Below are positions 48,783 to 62,700 of a stretch of DNA of 64,000 nucleotides, in pieces. This stretch comes from Vicugna vicugna (lineage: Eukaryota). Within the stretch, counting starts at the first letter, position 1. Each line of letters begins with the position of its first letter. Location of the stretch: NCBI GenBank assembly GCA_013265495.1, contig MU057880.1, forward strand, positions 836,527 through 900,526. The letters run 5' to 3'. Under the pieces are notes generated by a model. It searched no databases. It saw nothing but the letters and a program-made list of their open reading frames with translations, and was not told the origin of the DNA. The translations under genes and the position numbers were made by a program.

Positions 48783-50815
48783 TAGTATCTAACTCTCCAA
48801 ACGGGAAGATTAAAAAGCCTAAGAAAGTCCTGAATGGAAAAAAAAGTCCACCTGAAACCTGCAGGAACCCACCGGCTTAGACCCCGGTCACTAACGACGT
48901 TCACCAGGGGCTCCGGCAAGACCCCGCCTCTACCTCTCTGCACAGGGTTCGCTCCCCTCGCGCGCTAGGACAGAAAAGTGTGGAACACATCTACGTGAAC
49001 GGAACTGCCCCAGGGCAGGGACGTGCCATTCATTCCCTGCTCTAACAGCTCACTGTGCCTAGAACATGGAGACGCCCAGCAGATGCTTCTGAATGAGGCT
49101 GTACTGCGCGGGGTCCCTGAGTTCACGCGTAAGTCTGCTTTTCTAGCTCAGAACACACATCAGAAGCATTGTGACAGAGGCGGCCAGAGTACCTGGCTGT
49201 CCCAAAAACCCAGGTTAGCCTATAACAGAGCCATTAGTCTAACAAATAAACGGACCAGCTGTTCCTCCTAACAGTAACATCTTTAACGTCTTGACCAAGT
49301 GAGAATGACTTCCAGGTGGGAAGAGCCTGCCATGCCACACACACACACACCCTCAAGCCTGCTCCTTCCGAGCCTCCGCGGGCGGGGTGGGGGGTGTGGC
49401 GGGAAACTGAGCAGAGTCCGGCAGACGAAGAGCAGCTGCTGCAGGACGGCACCGCAAAAGCACAGGGACCCGTAGGAGCAGAGCTGCATCTGGGTGAACG
49501 CGTCCCCGGGGGCAGCACGCCTGCCAGAGCAGAGGGGCTCAGCCAGGTGTGGAGACACACGCCCCCACGTCCTCTGACTCTGCAGAGACCAAGAGCCAGG
49601 GACAGGGTGGCCTGGGGACCGGGAAGGGCCTGGGAAGCCTGGGCAGAGTGCCCGTGCCCTCGGCCCTTACTCTCAGGAGCACTGGGAACTGCCCCTCATG
49701 CCCTGCCCAGGAAGGCCCACTGGCAAAACGCTCGGAAATTGTTCATCCGTTTCCCTGGATGCCTGTCACAATCAGAGGTCACCACGCTCTCACCGTCTCA
49801 TCTAACAGGGACGTTCTTTCCACCCACAGGTACAAAGACTGAGACGGAGAGCAATTTGCCCCAAACCACAGAGCTAATCGTGATAAGGGGTGGGACATGC
49901 GCACACGCACGCGCACACACATGCACACGTGTGCGCGCACACACCCCTAATGCTATGCGTCCTGCCTTGCTTTCTTCAGAAGGAGACGAGGCTCCACATA
50001 TAAACAGTCATGAGCACACATTCGGCAGCTCTACTGGGAAGCGCCTGGAGTGGCGCTGCCCGCAGTCTGTGCCCACCGAACTGTGCCCATACCACTGTCC
50101 CCTCGGGGCAGCGCAGATGGAGGGCGCAGGGGCAAGCTCAGACACAGGACCTGTGCCAAATTACACTGCCGTGGGGGTCCAACCTGCAGCCAGTCCACAG
50201 CAGTCCACTGCCGGCCTCACTCCCCAAGTGCGCCAGGCCTCGATGGCTTTGACCAAAGGGCTCAGAGCAGCGCAGCCAGCCCCTCCCCACCCCCGCCCCA
50301 GGAGAGGCAGCGCTCTCCGAGGGCAGCCTGCCCCTGGGCGGCCAGAACCAGCAATCACCCCCAAGGCAGAAACACTTCTCATCCTTCCTGGCCAGAGACG
50401 ACTCTACCCTCGCAGAAGCCTTTCCTTCATGCCATTTCTGTTCTTCACCACAGACGGAGCACGCAAGGGGAGAACACCAGGGCTTCTCCGGCTGCATCGT
50501 GGCCAACAGAGGCGGGTGCCGGGACAGCCTGGGAGCACATGCCCAGAGCGGGGGCGGTGGCCGTGACTGCCCCCGGCGTCAGTGCTGACCAGCTGCTCCT
50601 CCAGAGTCCAGCCAGCTCTCCGTGGGGCCCTCTGTGACCTTTCCTTGGAGAACACGGCACCGTCCCAGGGGCCCGTCTGCGTGCACCGCCCCTCCTCCCA
50701 GGCAGCGCACGTTACAGCCTCAAACCTCCCACAAAGGACCCCAGGCTGAACCAGGAGACGGTCTTTTCCTTCATCTCCCTTCTCACCAAAAGCCCAAATA
50801 AAATCTTAAAAGGAA

Positions 50816-51450
50816 CCTATATGATCCAGCAATCCCACTCCTGGGCATATATCAGAGAAAACTCTAATTCAAAAAGAAACATGTACCCGAGTGTTCACAG
50901 AAGCACTGTTTACAATAGCCAAGACATGGAAACAACCTAAATGTCAACTGACAGAAGAGTGGATAAAGAAGTTGTGGTGTATTTATACAACGGAATACTA
51001 CTCAGCCATAAAAATAATAAAATAACGCCATTTGCAGCAACATAGATGAACCTATGGATCATCATTCTAAGTGAAGTAAGTCAGACAGAGAAAGACAAAT
51101 ATCAAATAATATCACCTGTATGTGGAATCAAAAAAAAAGACACAAATGAACTTATTTATAAAACAGAAACAGACTTGCATAGAAAACAAACTTACAGTTA
51201 ACTGAGTGGGAAAGGAGCGGGAAGACATAAATTGGGAGTTCAGGAATTGCAGATACTAACTGCTATATATAAAACAGATAAACAACAAGCTTTTTCTGTA
51301 CAGCACAGGGAACTATATTCCATACCTTGTAGTAACCTAGAATGAAAAAGAGTATGAACAGGAATACATGCGTGTATATGTATGACTGAAACAGGACGCC
51401 GTCCACCAGAAATGGACACGTTGTAAACTCACTATACTCCAAATAAAAAG
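50816..51450 (+). mobile_element. L1 fragment: end of ORF2 plus complete 3' UTR
   Basis: tatgatccagcaatcccactcctgggcatatat (YDPAIPLLGIY), tttacaatagccaagacatggaaacaacctaaatg (FTIAKTWKQPKC), then UTR to ctatactccaaataaaaa. Frameshifted. Confidence 0.93.
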
Positions 51451-54400
51451 GACGCCAAAACAAGCCAAAAAGGTCTTCACATGGGGAAAGGAAAGCTGAG
51501 GTTAGACACTAAGCTTACGGCCTGAGCTAACCGGCCCTCTGATCAACGTGCCAGGTGCCGGGTCCCCTCTGAACACACGGACATGGCGTGTCACCTGACC
51601 TAGTGGGCCTGGGCAGAGTCAGGCACAGGCGGTGACAGCCCAGCGGGATGGTGCCCACAGTGCAGTGATGAACAGGAGGTGGCAGGGCTGTCTGGTCCGC
51701 TGGGGGGTGGGTGCGACCAGCTGTCAGAGCACCTACCATGGATCACGCACTGTTCTAACTCCACGAGACCAGCCGGCCGACATCTCACAACCACACCACG
51801 AAGGGGCTGCTCTTATTCCCGCTGTACCAGCGGGAGCCCAGCAGCACAGCACAGAGAGGCCCAGGAAGGAGCAAGATCACACAGCCTCGAGCGATGCTGT
51901 CGTCTGGGACAGCTGGAGTCGGGCTCCAAGCCCCCACTGCGCCCACCCTCACAAGGCAGGAGTCCGCGGGTGAGAGGTGGAGGGAGGGGCTAGCTCCAGG
52001 CAAAGACATGTTTGGGAAGGGAAAGCTCAGAACTGTGTGAGGAAGCGAGACAGCTCATCTGAGGGTGCCAAGGTGGGGGCAGAGCCCAGAGAGAGCAGCC
52101 CTGCCCTGCCGCGTGCAGGAGCCTGGACCGGAGTCTGAGGGGCTCCGAGCATCTCAGTGCCAGGAAGGCGCACAGATCTCGTTAAAACGACGCAAGTGTT
52201 CACAACGCACAGCAGAACAGGTTTACGATCATTAAAAAATATAGAATGCATTTTGGCTGCAAAGTCACAACAATTTTCCACAAGTGCAAGACAAGGGGAG
52301 CGGCCACATCTGTAGGACTGGAAACCAGTCGAGGCCTGATGCAGGAACTGTGGTCTGCGTTTCCGACCCGCTCCACCCGTGCAGGCCACCAGCGCCTTGG
52401 CGGGGAGCCTGCTTCCTGTTCTAGGAGACAAACACACCTACTTAGGGCAGAAAATCCACGTCGATGTGAACAGCTGCAGTCCAGTCTGTCTTATCAACGA
52501 AGTTTTCTCTGAAACACTGGCCTCTAACCCAGGGGCACATGTGACCCATGTGCACCTGTCTCAGCACGCTGTTCAGAAAAGAAAACTGCAGGGAAAATTG
52601 GTTTATGCAGCAACGTGGTTCCCAACTTCAGCATCCTAAACCTCCAGCTTGGCTTGATTCTACTTTGAAACCATCACCACTACATTTCACAGACGAAACA
52701 GATCTTCTCCGGCCTTTCCCAAGGAAAAGAGGAGATTTAATTAAGAGGACCTGGGCTAACTGCACTCATCGGAGACGGGCAGATTCCTAACTGTCCCGAC
52801 AGATCTAAGCACCAGACCCTCCAGCCCCAGATTTCCGGGAGATGGGAGCTCCACCTGGAGTCACAGGTGCGTCTGTCTCAGAAGTACAAGTCAGGTCACA
52901 GACTCGGGGGTTAAAAGAGGACCTAGGGCTTTGAGAAGCAATACTCAGAAAGTTGTGTCTCCTACCCCGACTCCCTCCTAGGAGATTACCTCATCTGAGC
53001 TGATTAAAGCGGCAAATTAAGGGCACAGCATCATGCAGAGGAAATCACAGAAGGTCAGAAGGAGAAGGAAACCCCAGGAGATCAAGACTGCAATACGTCT
53101 GATGCCAGTCACTTTATCACCGCTTTTCCAGGAAAAAGGGACCAAGACTGTCACAGAACAAAGGTTGCAGAGGGTGACTATCGGAGCCTCTTCCCAAACC
53201 AAGCTGTGTTCACTGGGAAATAAAAACCACTGTCAACCTCACTGCCATTTGAAGACAGCCGCAATTTATGGGGGAAATAAACAGTCTCAAGCCCTAGTTG
53301 GCCCACTTATTTCAAAACTGACGTCTGCAAAACTCAAACGGGAGAAACAAACGTCTGGCAGCCCCTGGAAGCTGCAAGCGTCTAGGACTGATGCACCAGT
53401 AAACTTGGGCAGTTTGTGTCTTTAAAGGACGGCCATGAGAAATCAAACAAGCACTCCTCCATTCACCCGCATCTCCCCTGCCGTCAACACTTGTACTGTG
53501 GGAACCGCGCTGGCACACGGGTATCTGGTCCCTTGTCTGTAGGAGGATGGAATGGCGTGAAGCCAGTACAATGTTTATCGTGGACGGAGAGCTGGATTAG
53601 GGCCAGAACACAGAAGACGGGATAAACAAACACTTCTCTGGAAGGAGGAGTAGAAAAAGGGTGGTCTTTTCAGTGGCAGGGGGTGAAGAGTGGACTCAGT
53701 GTTTTCGTGGCTGATCTGAGGGACGGCCCGGCCAGGGTCAAGACCATGTTGCCAATGGCATGAAAATGCCCAACTAAAGGGTACACACAGGCAGCTCATT
53801 CAGGGGTCTCTGAACAAACAGACAAGCAAGTGGGCAAAGGGGTGGTCCATTTAGGGAAGGTTGATGTTCAAGTTCTTCTGAGGAAACAAAGCTCTCAGAG
53901 GACTCTGTTCTTGAACAGAGTAGAATGGAATAGGATAGAACAGGACAGAATATTAATATTTAGCAGAATACTCCATTTCTTGGCAGTGAACCTCAGAAAT
54001 CTAAACTAGAAGCAATATAGAAAAAGATAAAATATCCATAGAGAAGGGGCTCTAAGGTGTAAAAAAACTTGACTCTGCAACTGAAAAGAACAAAAAAGGG
54101 GTAAACACAGGCAGAGGCACGGACAGGACACACACATGTACTGGTTAAATTCTGAAATGCAAGCACCAGGAGAGGTTCTTCAAGCTTTAGAGGCGAGTTT
54201 GGGCACAAAGAGGAGCTTTATACAATGGCTGATAATTTATGTTCCTCTAAGGAGTGATACCAGCTGAACAAACAGCAGCTCAGATAAACATACTGAAAAC
54301 TGGGAGCTCCCCAGCATCCTCAGTGCCAGGCTGGGTACCACGCAACAGACACATGGTGCTCCGTGTTCTCAAGGTGGAACCCGGTGGTTTCCAGATACTC

Positions 54401-54607
54401 AGAACACCAGCCAGTGGAATGCTGTCAGTGACAACAAGACAAAACAAACAAAAAAACCCAAATCCAGTAAGTTCCGGAGTCAGAGGGCATGTCCATTTGG
54501 GGCAGTCAGCAAGACAATCAGAGGTGGCATCTGAACGGAGTCTGGATGAGCAAACAGAATTTTGACCAAAGTAATTTTGAGAAGGGAAATAGGAAAGAAA
54601 AAGTCTT

Positions 54608-54856
54608 GTACAGCATGGTGACTGTAGTTAATACTGTGCTACGTATTTGACAGTTGCTGAGAAAAGAGATCATAAACATTCTCATGACGAGAAAAAATGT
54701 TTTGGTAACTGTGTCAAGTGATGGATGTTAACTGGGCATACCGAGGTGACTGTTTCACAACATATGCAAATCATGAATCATGTTTTACAGCTGAAGCTAA
54801 TACAATGTTATATACCAATTATGGATCGAACTTTTTAACTACAAAAAACAAGAAAC
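54608..54856 (+). mobile_element. L1MA-like 3' end with TSD
   Basis: gtacagcatggtgactgtagttaatactgtg...ctgaagctaatacaatgttatataccaatta; TSD aaaaagtctt on both sides. Confidence 0.82.
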
Positions 54857-55104
54857 AAAAAGTCTTAAGAGCAAGATATGGACTTTCTGGGCCCGCTGGC
54901 CTAACATGTCCCCAACCACCACTGCCCCACGAACAGCATTACTGGAGTGTCCAACTCACCTCCAGCGTGGCCTCTGCAAAAACAAACGCCCGTACTTGCC
55001 TTTACAAAGTCACTTCCCCTTGTGACAGCCCTATTTCCACTAATTCTGCTACCATTCTCCCAGGTGACTCAGCCCCAAACCCTGGGCACTGTTTCACATA
55101 ATGC

Positions 55105-55485
55105 TTTTTTAAAAAAATTTTTTATTGAAGTGTAGTCGATTTGTGATGTTAGTTTCAGGTGTACAGCAAAGTGATTCAGTTACACACATACATACATACA
55201 TATTTTTTATTTTCAGATTCTTTTCCATTATATGTTATTACAAGAAATAGATGTAGTTCCCTGTGCTATACAGGAGGTCCTTATTATCTATTTTATATAC
55301 AGTCATGTGTGGCTATTAATCTCCAACCCCTAATTCATCCCTCCCTGCCCCTTTCCCCTCTGGTAACCACAGTTTGTTTTCTAGGTCCGTGAATCTGTTT
55401 TTGGTTGGTAAATAGAATTTGTATCATTTTTTTTAAGATTCCACATAGAACGATATCAGACAATATTTGCCTTCCTCTGTCTGAT
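55105..55485 (-). mobile_element. L1 3' UTR
   Basis: Poly-T then ttattgaagtgtagtcgattt...caggtgtacagcaaagtgattcag...agattccacata. Confidence 0.88.
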
Positions 55486-57416
55486 CATACACTGCTCCTT
55501 TTAAGGACTATTTACTCTGTCCCTCTCATGCCCCGTCTGGTCTCCGCTCTGAAACAGGCTCCACACACATTCCTCCACGCATCCGGGTCAGGTCCCCAAG
55601 GAAACCACATCGGGGAAAGTCACGGAAGACAGATAAACCCATAATCGCTCGCTCAGCATTGAGGCCCCATCTCAGCCTCCAATCCCGGTCAGTGGGTCGG
55701 ACCGAACCAACGCAGGTCAGGCCACCTTCTCTGCCCGCAAGGGCCACGGAGGAATTAATCTGCTGGTGACCCTTACTGAGAATGTCAGACAGAAAGAAAA
55801 GAGAAGAAAGATAGAAAAAGAAAAGTGAAGTCTGCTGCCCCCAGTGCTCGGGGCAGAGCTGGCCAAGGTCCCTGGTCCCAGACACTAGGGGGACAGGGAG
55901 AAAGGGTGAGTTTTCTGTGCAGCAGGTGCAACTGCAGGTGAACACACATGGGATTTGTTTTGGAGGAGAGCAGACACCTTGTCATTTCACCCTCAGGGAT
56001 GGCTGCGTCCCTCCCCCCACACTAGTTCTGGGGTCCTGGGGTCCCGGCCCTGCACAGAGAGGTTTCTAGAACACAGGGAGATGGCGCAGGTCTAACACGT
56101 GAGGGCAAGGCTGTCTCCCCTGGAAGTGACCTACCAACTAGGGTCCGCCGACTGGACCACAGCAGCCCTGGCCCACGAGCGCTGATCTGGACTCAACTCT
56201 GGAAAGAGCCCCCCGTTAAACAGCTGCTCCACAGCCAGCGGCCGTGAGACCCAAGCCCAGCGCACCTGGGCTGCAGGAGGAGGGCTGGCCCGGCGACAAG
56301 AGGTTACCACGTGTCTGGAGCTGCGCCTCCTGGGACCAGGCTGCCCGCAGCGACGTCCGCTGGAGGGGGCAGGGGTGCGGGTCATCCAACCAGGACCCCC
56401 ACGCGAGGGGCCGCAGGCGGCACTTCAGCCAGAGGAGCCCACAGGACAAAAGGAAGCTCCTTCTCCTTCTAGCTCTGGGACAAACGCCGCTCTCTCCTTT
56501 CCCCGGGGAAACGTCTTCCCTTTCTGTCTGTAAAAATCGACGAGTGCTCAGACACAAACTCCCCCGCCTGGCAGAGGTCTACACTTCAGGAAACTGGCTC
56601 TTCACAAATACTGGGGAATTCATCAGTACAAGAAACAGAACAGTTGGGAAACTACTCAGGGATGAAAAGGAGCTCCTGAGCCCAAAAAAGAGCACTCTCT
56701 GGACTGGGGAGAGCACGGACAACGTGCAGGACCGTGGAGACACTCTGTGTGATGCTGTAAGGGTGGAGACCAGCATGGTACGCTTGTCCCGACTCTCACA
56801 GGGCACAGCAGCGAGCAGACCCGAAGGTCGACCCGCGGCTTTGTGACGGGGATGGGCGGGTGTCCGTCTGTCCTCCATAAACAACGGACCACTTTGCTGA
56901 GCGAGGCTGGAAGACCAGGGAGGCTCTGCATGGGTGGGGGCACGAGGCAGAGGGAAAATATGCACCCTGCTCTCAGCTCCACTGTGAACCTCAAACAGCT
57001 CTAAACAGATAAGGTCGTTATTTAAGGAGAGAGAGAAGACTGATCAAACTTGGTAGGTTTACCAAGTGTGGATTTTGCCATAGGCTTGGGGGTAACCATA
57101 AAGGTGGGAGCGTAACATTCCTGGCTTATATCAGTTTTTTCCTTCCCTATGGAGATAAGAGAAGTCTGGGGGTGGGAGGGGGGAAAACTAAGGAATGTCA
57201 CAGATGGTAAAACTGCACCAGCCTGGCTCCCAGCACCCAAATGTCAGGTGTTTGCACTGAGCCAGCGCCTTGAGAGCGGGAAGCCCACCTTTTGATGAAG
57301 ACAAGCTCCTTGCCATGTCCCTACTGTCTTGGCTTCACCCAGAGATGGGATTAAAGCAGGGGAGGAGCTGGAGGGAAAGATGGACGACACTCAATCCTGA
57401 GGCAAGAGCTACCTTT

Positions 57417-57651
57417 GGGGGAGGGACGGATTGGGAGTTTGGGATTAGCAGAAACACACGACGGTATTTAAAATAGATCAACCACTAGGGCCTGCTGTAC
57501 GGCGCAGGGAACTATACTGAACACCTTGTAACAGTCTATAATGAAGAAGAACATGAAAAGCAATATATATTTATATGACTGAATCACTATGCCTTAGCCA
57601 GAAACTAACACAACATCATAAATCAACTATACCTCAAAAAAAGAAAAATAA
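57417..57651 (+). mobile_element. L1 3' end with 13-bp TSD
   Basis: gattgggagtttgggattagcaga...aaatcaactatacctcaaaaa; TSD aagagctaccttt / aagagctgccttt. Confidence 0.9.
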
Positions 57652-59606
57652 AAGAGCTGCCTTTCACTGAAGGCCCACTGGGTGCCCAGCACGTGCAGTA
57701 GGTATCACCAACGTGTGTCACCTCCAGTCTTCCGAATCTTGCAAGAGAAGCGATTTTACACCTACTTTACAGAAGAGAAAATTCAGAGAGGATGTGTCCT
57801 GCGTTGTAAGATGAGTGTAAGTGATCCAGGAAGGCAGATACATAACAAAGTCCCAGCTCTTTCCATTAACTCTCAAAGTACAGACTGAGGACTCCCACCT
57901 ACTCTTTGGGGTCCCCTAAATCTAAAACGTAACACAAACAAAGCTGCGAGGCCCTCCCTCCACAACCTGGTCCCGGAGGGCCGGCCTCACAGAGCCCTCT
58001 TCTTCCAGAGACTGGCGCATCCGCTGCCCCAGCACACCCCTGCAGTGGGAAGTCTTCCTCGTCTGCTCCTCTCTGAGTCCCACCCATCTGGTCTCGCCTC
58101 CTCAGGGGAGCCTCCCCTCAACAGCCAGACCAAGAGGCTCCCCCCCTGCTTTTATCCTAACAGGACAGTGGACACTCGGACCTGAACTACTGGCCCGGAG
58201 TAGAACTCGCTGTCTCAACTTAGTGTCTGTTGCTTGCGCCATTCAGTAGGAAGCCCCCAGAAGTGATGTTTAGACCCCACACTTCCTTATAAACCCCATG
58301 GAACATCAATGTTGCAGGTACTTCAAATGTGACCCTGCAGAGAGGGGACACAGACCACGCCTGGCCTTGGGCTTGGATTCCCAAGTCACTGCTAAACAGG
58401 GCAACCTCCAGCAAGCCTCAGTGTTTTCTTCTGTAAACACTTACAGCCTCATCATCTACAGATTAGCTAAGAAAACACCCACTCCCAGAGGGTAACTGTG
58501 AGGCAGGAGGAGGGTGACACCGAAAAGCCACACAGCACAGAGCTCTGCTCCGCACACACGTGTGCACGGCGTGAACACAGTCCCTCCGCCACACACACCA
58601 GAGGGTCTGCTCTGACCTTTTGGAGAAGCAGCTACTACAGGCCTCTCAAAAGGTCCCAGAGAAGCTGCCTATGTAGATAGTCTATAATATGACCACTAAT
58701 TAATGAGGTTTACTCTATGAACATGCATCTTTAAAACCACAAATAGCTATATGCCTTATAAAATAATTTTTTTCTTAACTTTTATTTTTTACCCACACTA
58801 TCTGATAATAGTAAAGAAATGTTTTTTAAAGGATATTTGCCTGCAAGTTCATTGCCCCATCACATCAACTGTTATGGTTTTGTTTTCCTTTCCAGTCCTT
58901 GGTCATACATTTACATATTTTACTAATGTATTCATCTGTAGGTACCAGTTGATTTTGGTTCTTTACTTACCATATCAAACATTTGATTATATGAGTGTTA
59001 TGTTAAATTTAATATATTATAGCAAATTATATATGTATAACATATTATATACATATAACATGTAATATATATAATATGTTGTAATTAATACATCATATAC
59101 ACTTGAGCTAATGCACAAGAATCTTCCAACCAAAGAGTTCACCATCTCTAACAAAATAAAAATGCCTGAAAATAACCTAAATATCCATCAACAGGGGACT
59201 GGTGAAAATGAGCGAACTTGGCTGCACACTAAAATTACCTGAGGTGGGGGGTGTTCATAAAGACAGGCACGTGGGCACCCAGATCAGTTACATCAGGATC
59301 AGAGAAGGTCTGGGCACTTCGCTCTTTCGGGGCCCCCGTGGTGTGTAGCAGGCTCGAGAACTCCGGGTAAAGCAGAGTACGACACGCATTCAGTCAATGG
59401 AGTACGAGACAACTGTGAGCAACATGCTGAACAGCTGTGTTGTGTGAATGAAAGAGAATGTATTTCTCTTGTATTCGAGCAGAATATTTCCAGTAGGGTA
59501 TCCTAAAAGAAACCAGTGTTAACACTGGTAGCCTTTACAAAGAGAGATCAGGGGTGTAAAGTGAGAGGCGCTTATATTTAAATGCATATAATCTTGTATT
59601 GTTTGA

Positions 59607-59757
59607 TTTTTTTCTTTTTTTCTTTTTTTGTTGGGGGGGATTAGATTTATTTATTTATCTACTTACGTATTTTTTCTTTTAATGGAGGTACTGCGGATTG
59701 AACCCAGAACCTCATGCATGCTAAGCACGCGCTCTACCACTGAGCTATACCCTCCCC
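59607..59757 (-). mobile_element. Vic-like SINE
   Basis: Reverse complement of ggggagggtatagctcagtggtagagcgcgtgcttagcatgcatgaggttctgggttcaatccgcagtacctcc. Confidence 0.93.
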
Positions 59758-62700
59758 TACAGGGTTTGATTTTTAATCAGGTGCCTTTAAAAATTAATAA
59801 TCTTGAACAAAATAAACTCATAATTTAATGTATCAGCCATTTCTCAGGACCATGTGGCGCCAGGCAGGGCACGGTGTCCCACAGGAGGGGCCAGGACCAG
59901 TGTCCTCAGGGTCCCCAAGGAGCCCGGCTCATTCAGAAAGGACCGAGGAGCCTTCTTTGCCCTTTGGGTGGAGACAGCTGTCCCTGCCCTCCCCCTCCTT
60001 CTGCCCTAGCAGCTGACTTGCTCAATGGACCATCCTAAAGCAAACAGTCATCACCGAGGCGCGTGGGGAAAATGTTTACTCATAGTCCACTTCCTCACAC
60101 GGTGAGGCCATCGTCGGTGACATGTGGCTCTGAGCTAACTCTTCCCAAAGAACACGGCAGATTCAGAAACCCATTTCTAAGTTAGTTTTTCGAATGGACG
60201 CATCACGCATGGAAAGCAGAGATGGTTCCACCTTTCCTCCAAGGCACTTACTTCCTGTAACAGGCAAACATGGTCTGCAGGGTTTGGAATACTGGCACAG
60301 TTTTTATGATTAAGTGTGCTGTCTCTTAAATCTGAAAGAGCCGATTAGCTAACTTCACTCTGTAATGTATTTCTGTTTTACCAAGCCATGCAAAAATTCA
60401 ACGAATCTAAAAAGTACAGAACAGAGTTTCACTGTTACTGACACACAGCTAGTGATTTCAGAGGTTCGCAGATGTTATTTAAATTAAATAATTTTCCCTA
60501 GGTTGCTTTCAACAGCTGTGGGATTTTATAACTGGGTTTCAGACATATTTCTTATGTGTCTTTTTTGGTTGTTGATTTTTCTTTTTCGTTTTTTTTGTTT
60601 TTTTGAGAGGACAGGTCCCTTGAGTATTTACCCAATGATTTTGATACCAGAAACACAATTCATTAATATTAATGGCAAGAAGGAAATTGAGTTGTCTATA
60701 ACAAGGCTCCCTTGAAAGATGACACACTGCACGTGAGAAACATCAAGAAAGGCAGTTTCCTGCTAAAAACAAAAAACAAAAAACCCTAAAAAACCAAAAC
60801 AACAACATAATATATCAAGAAGTCAGATTCTGGAATACCAGAGAATCTTTGAGGATCATCATTTGCAAAACTCTCATTCATTCATTCATCCGCTTAACAA
60901 CTATTTATGAAGTGCAATGTCCTGCCAAGCGCTGCATTCAGCCCTCCAGCCAGGACGGGGCACACCCAGGACTAGAACAGCCCCCATATCCGCCCTCCAA
61001 CCACAACACGGACATTCGCTTCTTTCATTCAATCACTTGCAAATATATGTTTTCAAATGGCAAATTTAAAAGATATTCTTGTTACTATTTTTCAGTTGTC
61101 TTTTATAAAAGAATTTGAGCAAAAGAGGATGGTTAATTAAGAGCCAAATGAGAAGAAACACACTGAATTGTTTCCCCCCTCACCCCAAGGGTCTCAACCG
61201 TAAGACAGAAGAAGGAAAATGTCTGATTTCTTGGGTGCACCAGGGAAACAGAGTTGGCGATCTTTAGTATTTATGAGGTGTTAAAAGGCAGAGCTGCTCA
61301 GACAGGTGGTTTTGTTGCTTCTTCTTAACACATCCTAAATCACACCTGTTTCATCTCTTGAGAAACATGCAGGTTAACATCTGCCTTGTCTTCAACTTGT
61401 GAAGGAATAGAGTTGCCATGACGACTGAATGAAAAGTTTCAGGGGCAGAATTTACCAGTGAAATGCAAAAATCACTCAATTCCATTTACCTGATGCGTGT
61501 GCACTTGTAAGCAGATGCTAGTTTTCTGTTTGTTAAACCATCAAAACAAATGATACTATGTTCTGTGAAAAGTTTCATGGATAAAATGTTTAAACACACA
61601 CACACCTTTTGGTCAGAGCGGGCCACAAATGAATAAAATTAAACAATGACCATCTGACCAGTAAATCTTGGCAATGCTGCATTTAGCATTGCAAGGTCTC
61701 CAGGATTCTTAAACCAAGGAAAAAGAGACTTCTAAAGTTAGGATATTTCTTAGGATGTGTTAAATCGTCAAGTACATTTGTGTACCTGTTTTGTTTCTAC
61801 TGGTATCTATTACACAATGTAACCTAGGGTATGTTCAAACAAACAGGCTATCAATTTTCCTAGAAAAATATTTCTATCATAAACACACCATTTATTTAGG
61901 TTGCTGACATATGCCGTGTGATTACATGATTACTTCCAACACACAACTGTCCTCACTGGAAACTAGGCTCAGGTCCCCACCAGACAGGCAGGGTCTCAGT
62001 CCGTCCCTGTCGGCTTTGGGGGACAAATACTGAGCCAGTCACCATTGTCACTGAGACACCCTGTGTGAATTGGCAGTCATTTTCAGACACCTGCAATCAG
62101 TTGTTTAAAGATGTATTATCTCAAATAGAGAAATGCTCTCATTTATGATGAAAAAGTGTCAGGTGTGGTGATAACACCATCTTCATAAAGCAGACATGTA
62201 TCTCTTCGTAACACTATGCTGGGCACTAATTCTAGGGCAAGATCTACAAATTCAGCAAGATTCAGTGACAGATAACCAAAAAGATTTTCTACGTATACAC
62301 AGAAATGGAAAGTGCAGAGTTAGAAATACGATGTCCGGGGTTCCAGACTCCTATTAATGATAAAATCTTACACACCCTGCCACACAACGCACACCCACGT
62401 TAGAGTGTTAATGGCCTCATTTACTGCACTTAATACACTGTGTTATTTTGGCGCAGAGAGTGCAACAAGAAAAAAGCATGTAGCACGGTATGTGAGAAGG
62501 CACATTGTCCTTTCCAGAAGTCCGTTATCAAGGCAGCTGGCCAGATTCCGGATGAACGAAAGGGGGACCCCACCCCGACCTCCCCTCCACGCACCCTTCA
62601 CAAAAGCGCCCGTGTGGCCCTGAGCGGTGAGTCACGGACGGTCCATTTCCAGACGGGGTGGAGTTGAAGGAAATCGCTATTACATGCCCAGTTAGCTGGA

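Noticed and set aside
49316..50566. 416-aa ORF, the longest in the track
   Set aside because: GC-rich stop-poor intron, non-ATG start, includes translated CA repeats, no recognisable domain, antisense to FNIP2.
56244..56965. Overlapping 200-aa and 128-aa ORFs
   Set aside because: No domain similarity or exon boundaries; consistent with chance ORFs in GC-rich DNA.
18926..59757. tRNA-like sequences with A and B boxes (six copies)
   Set aside because: They have A-rich tails, TSDs in some copies and divergent acceptor stems, so they are SINEs rather than tRNA genes.
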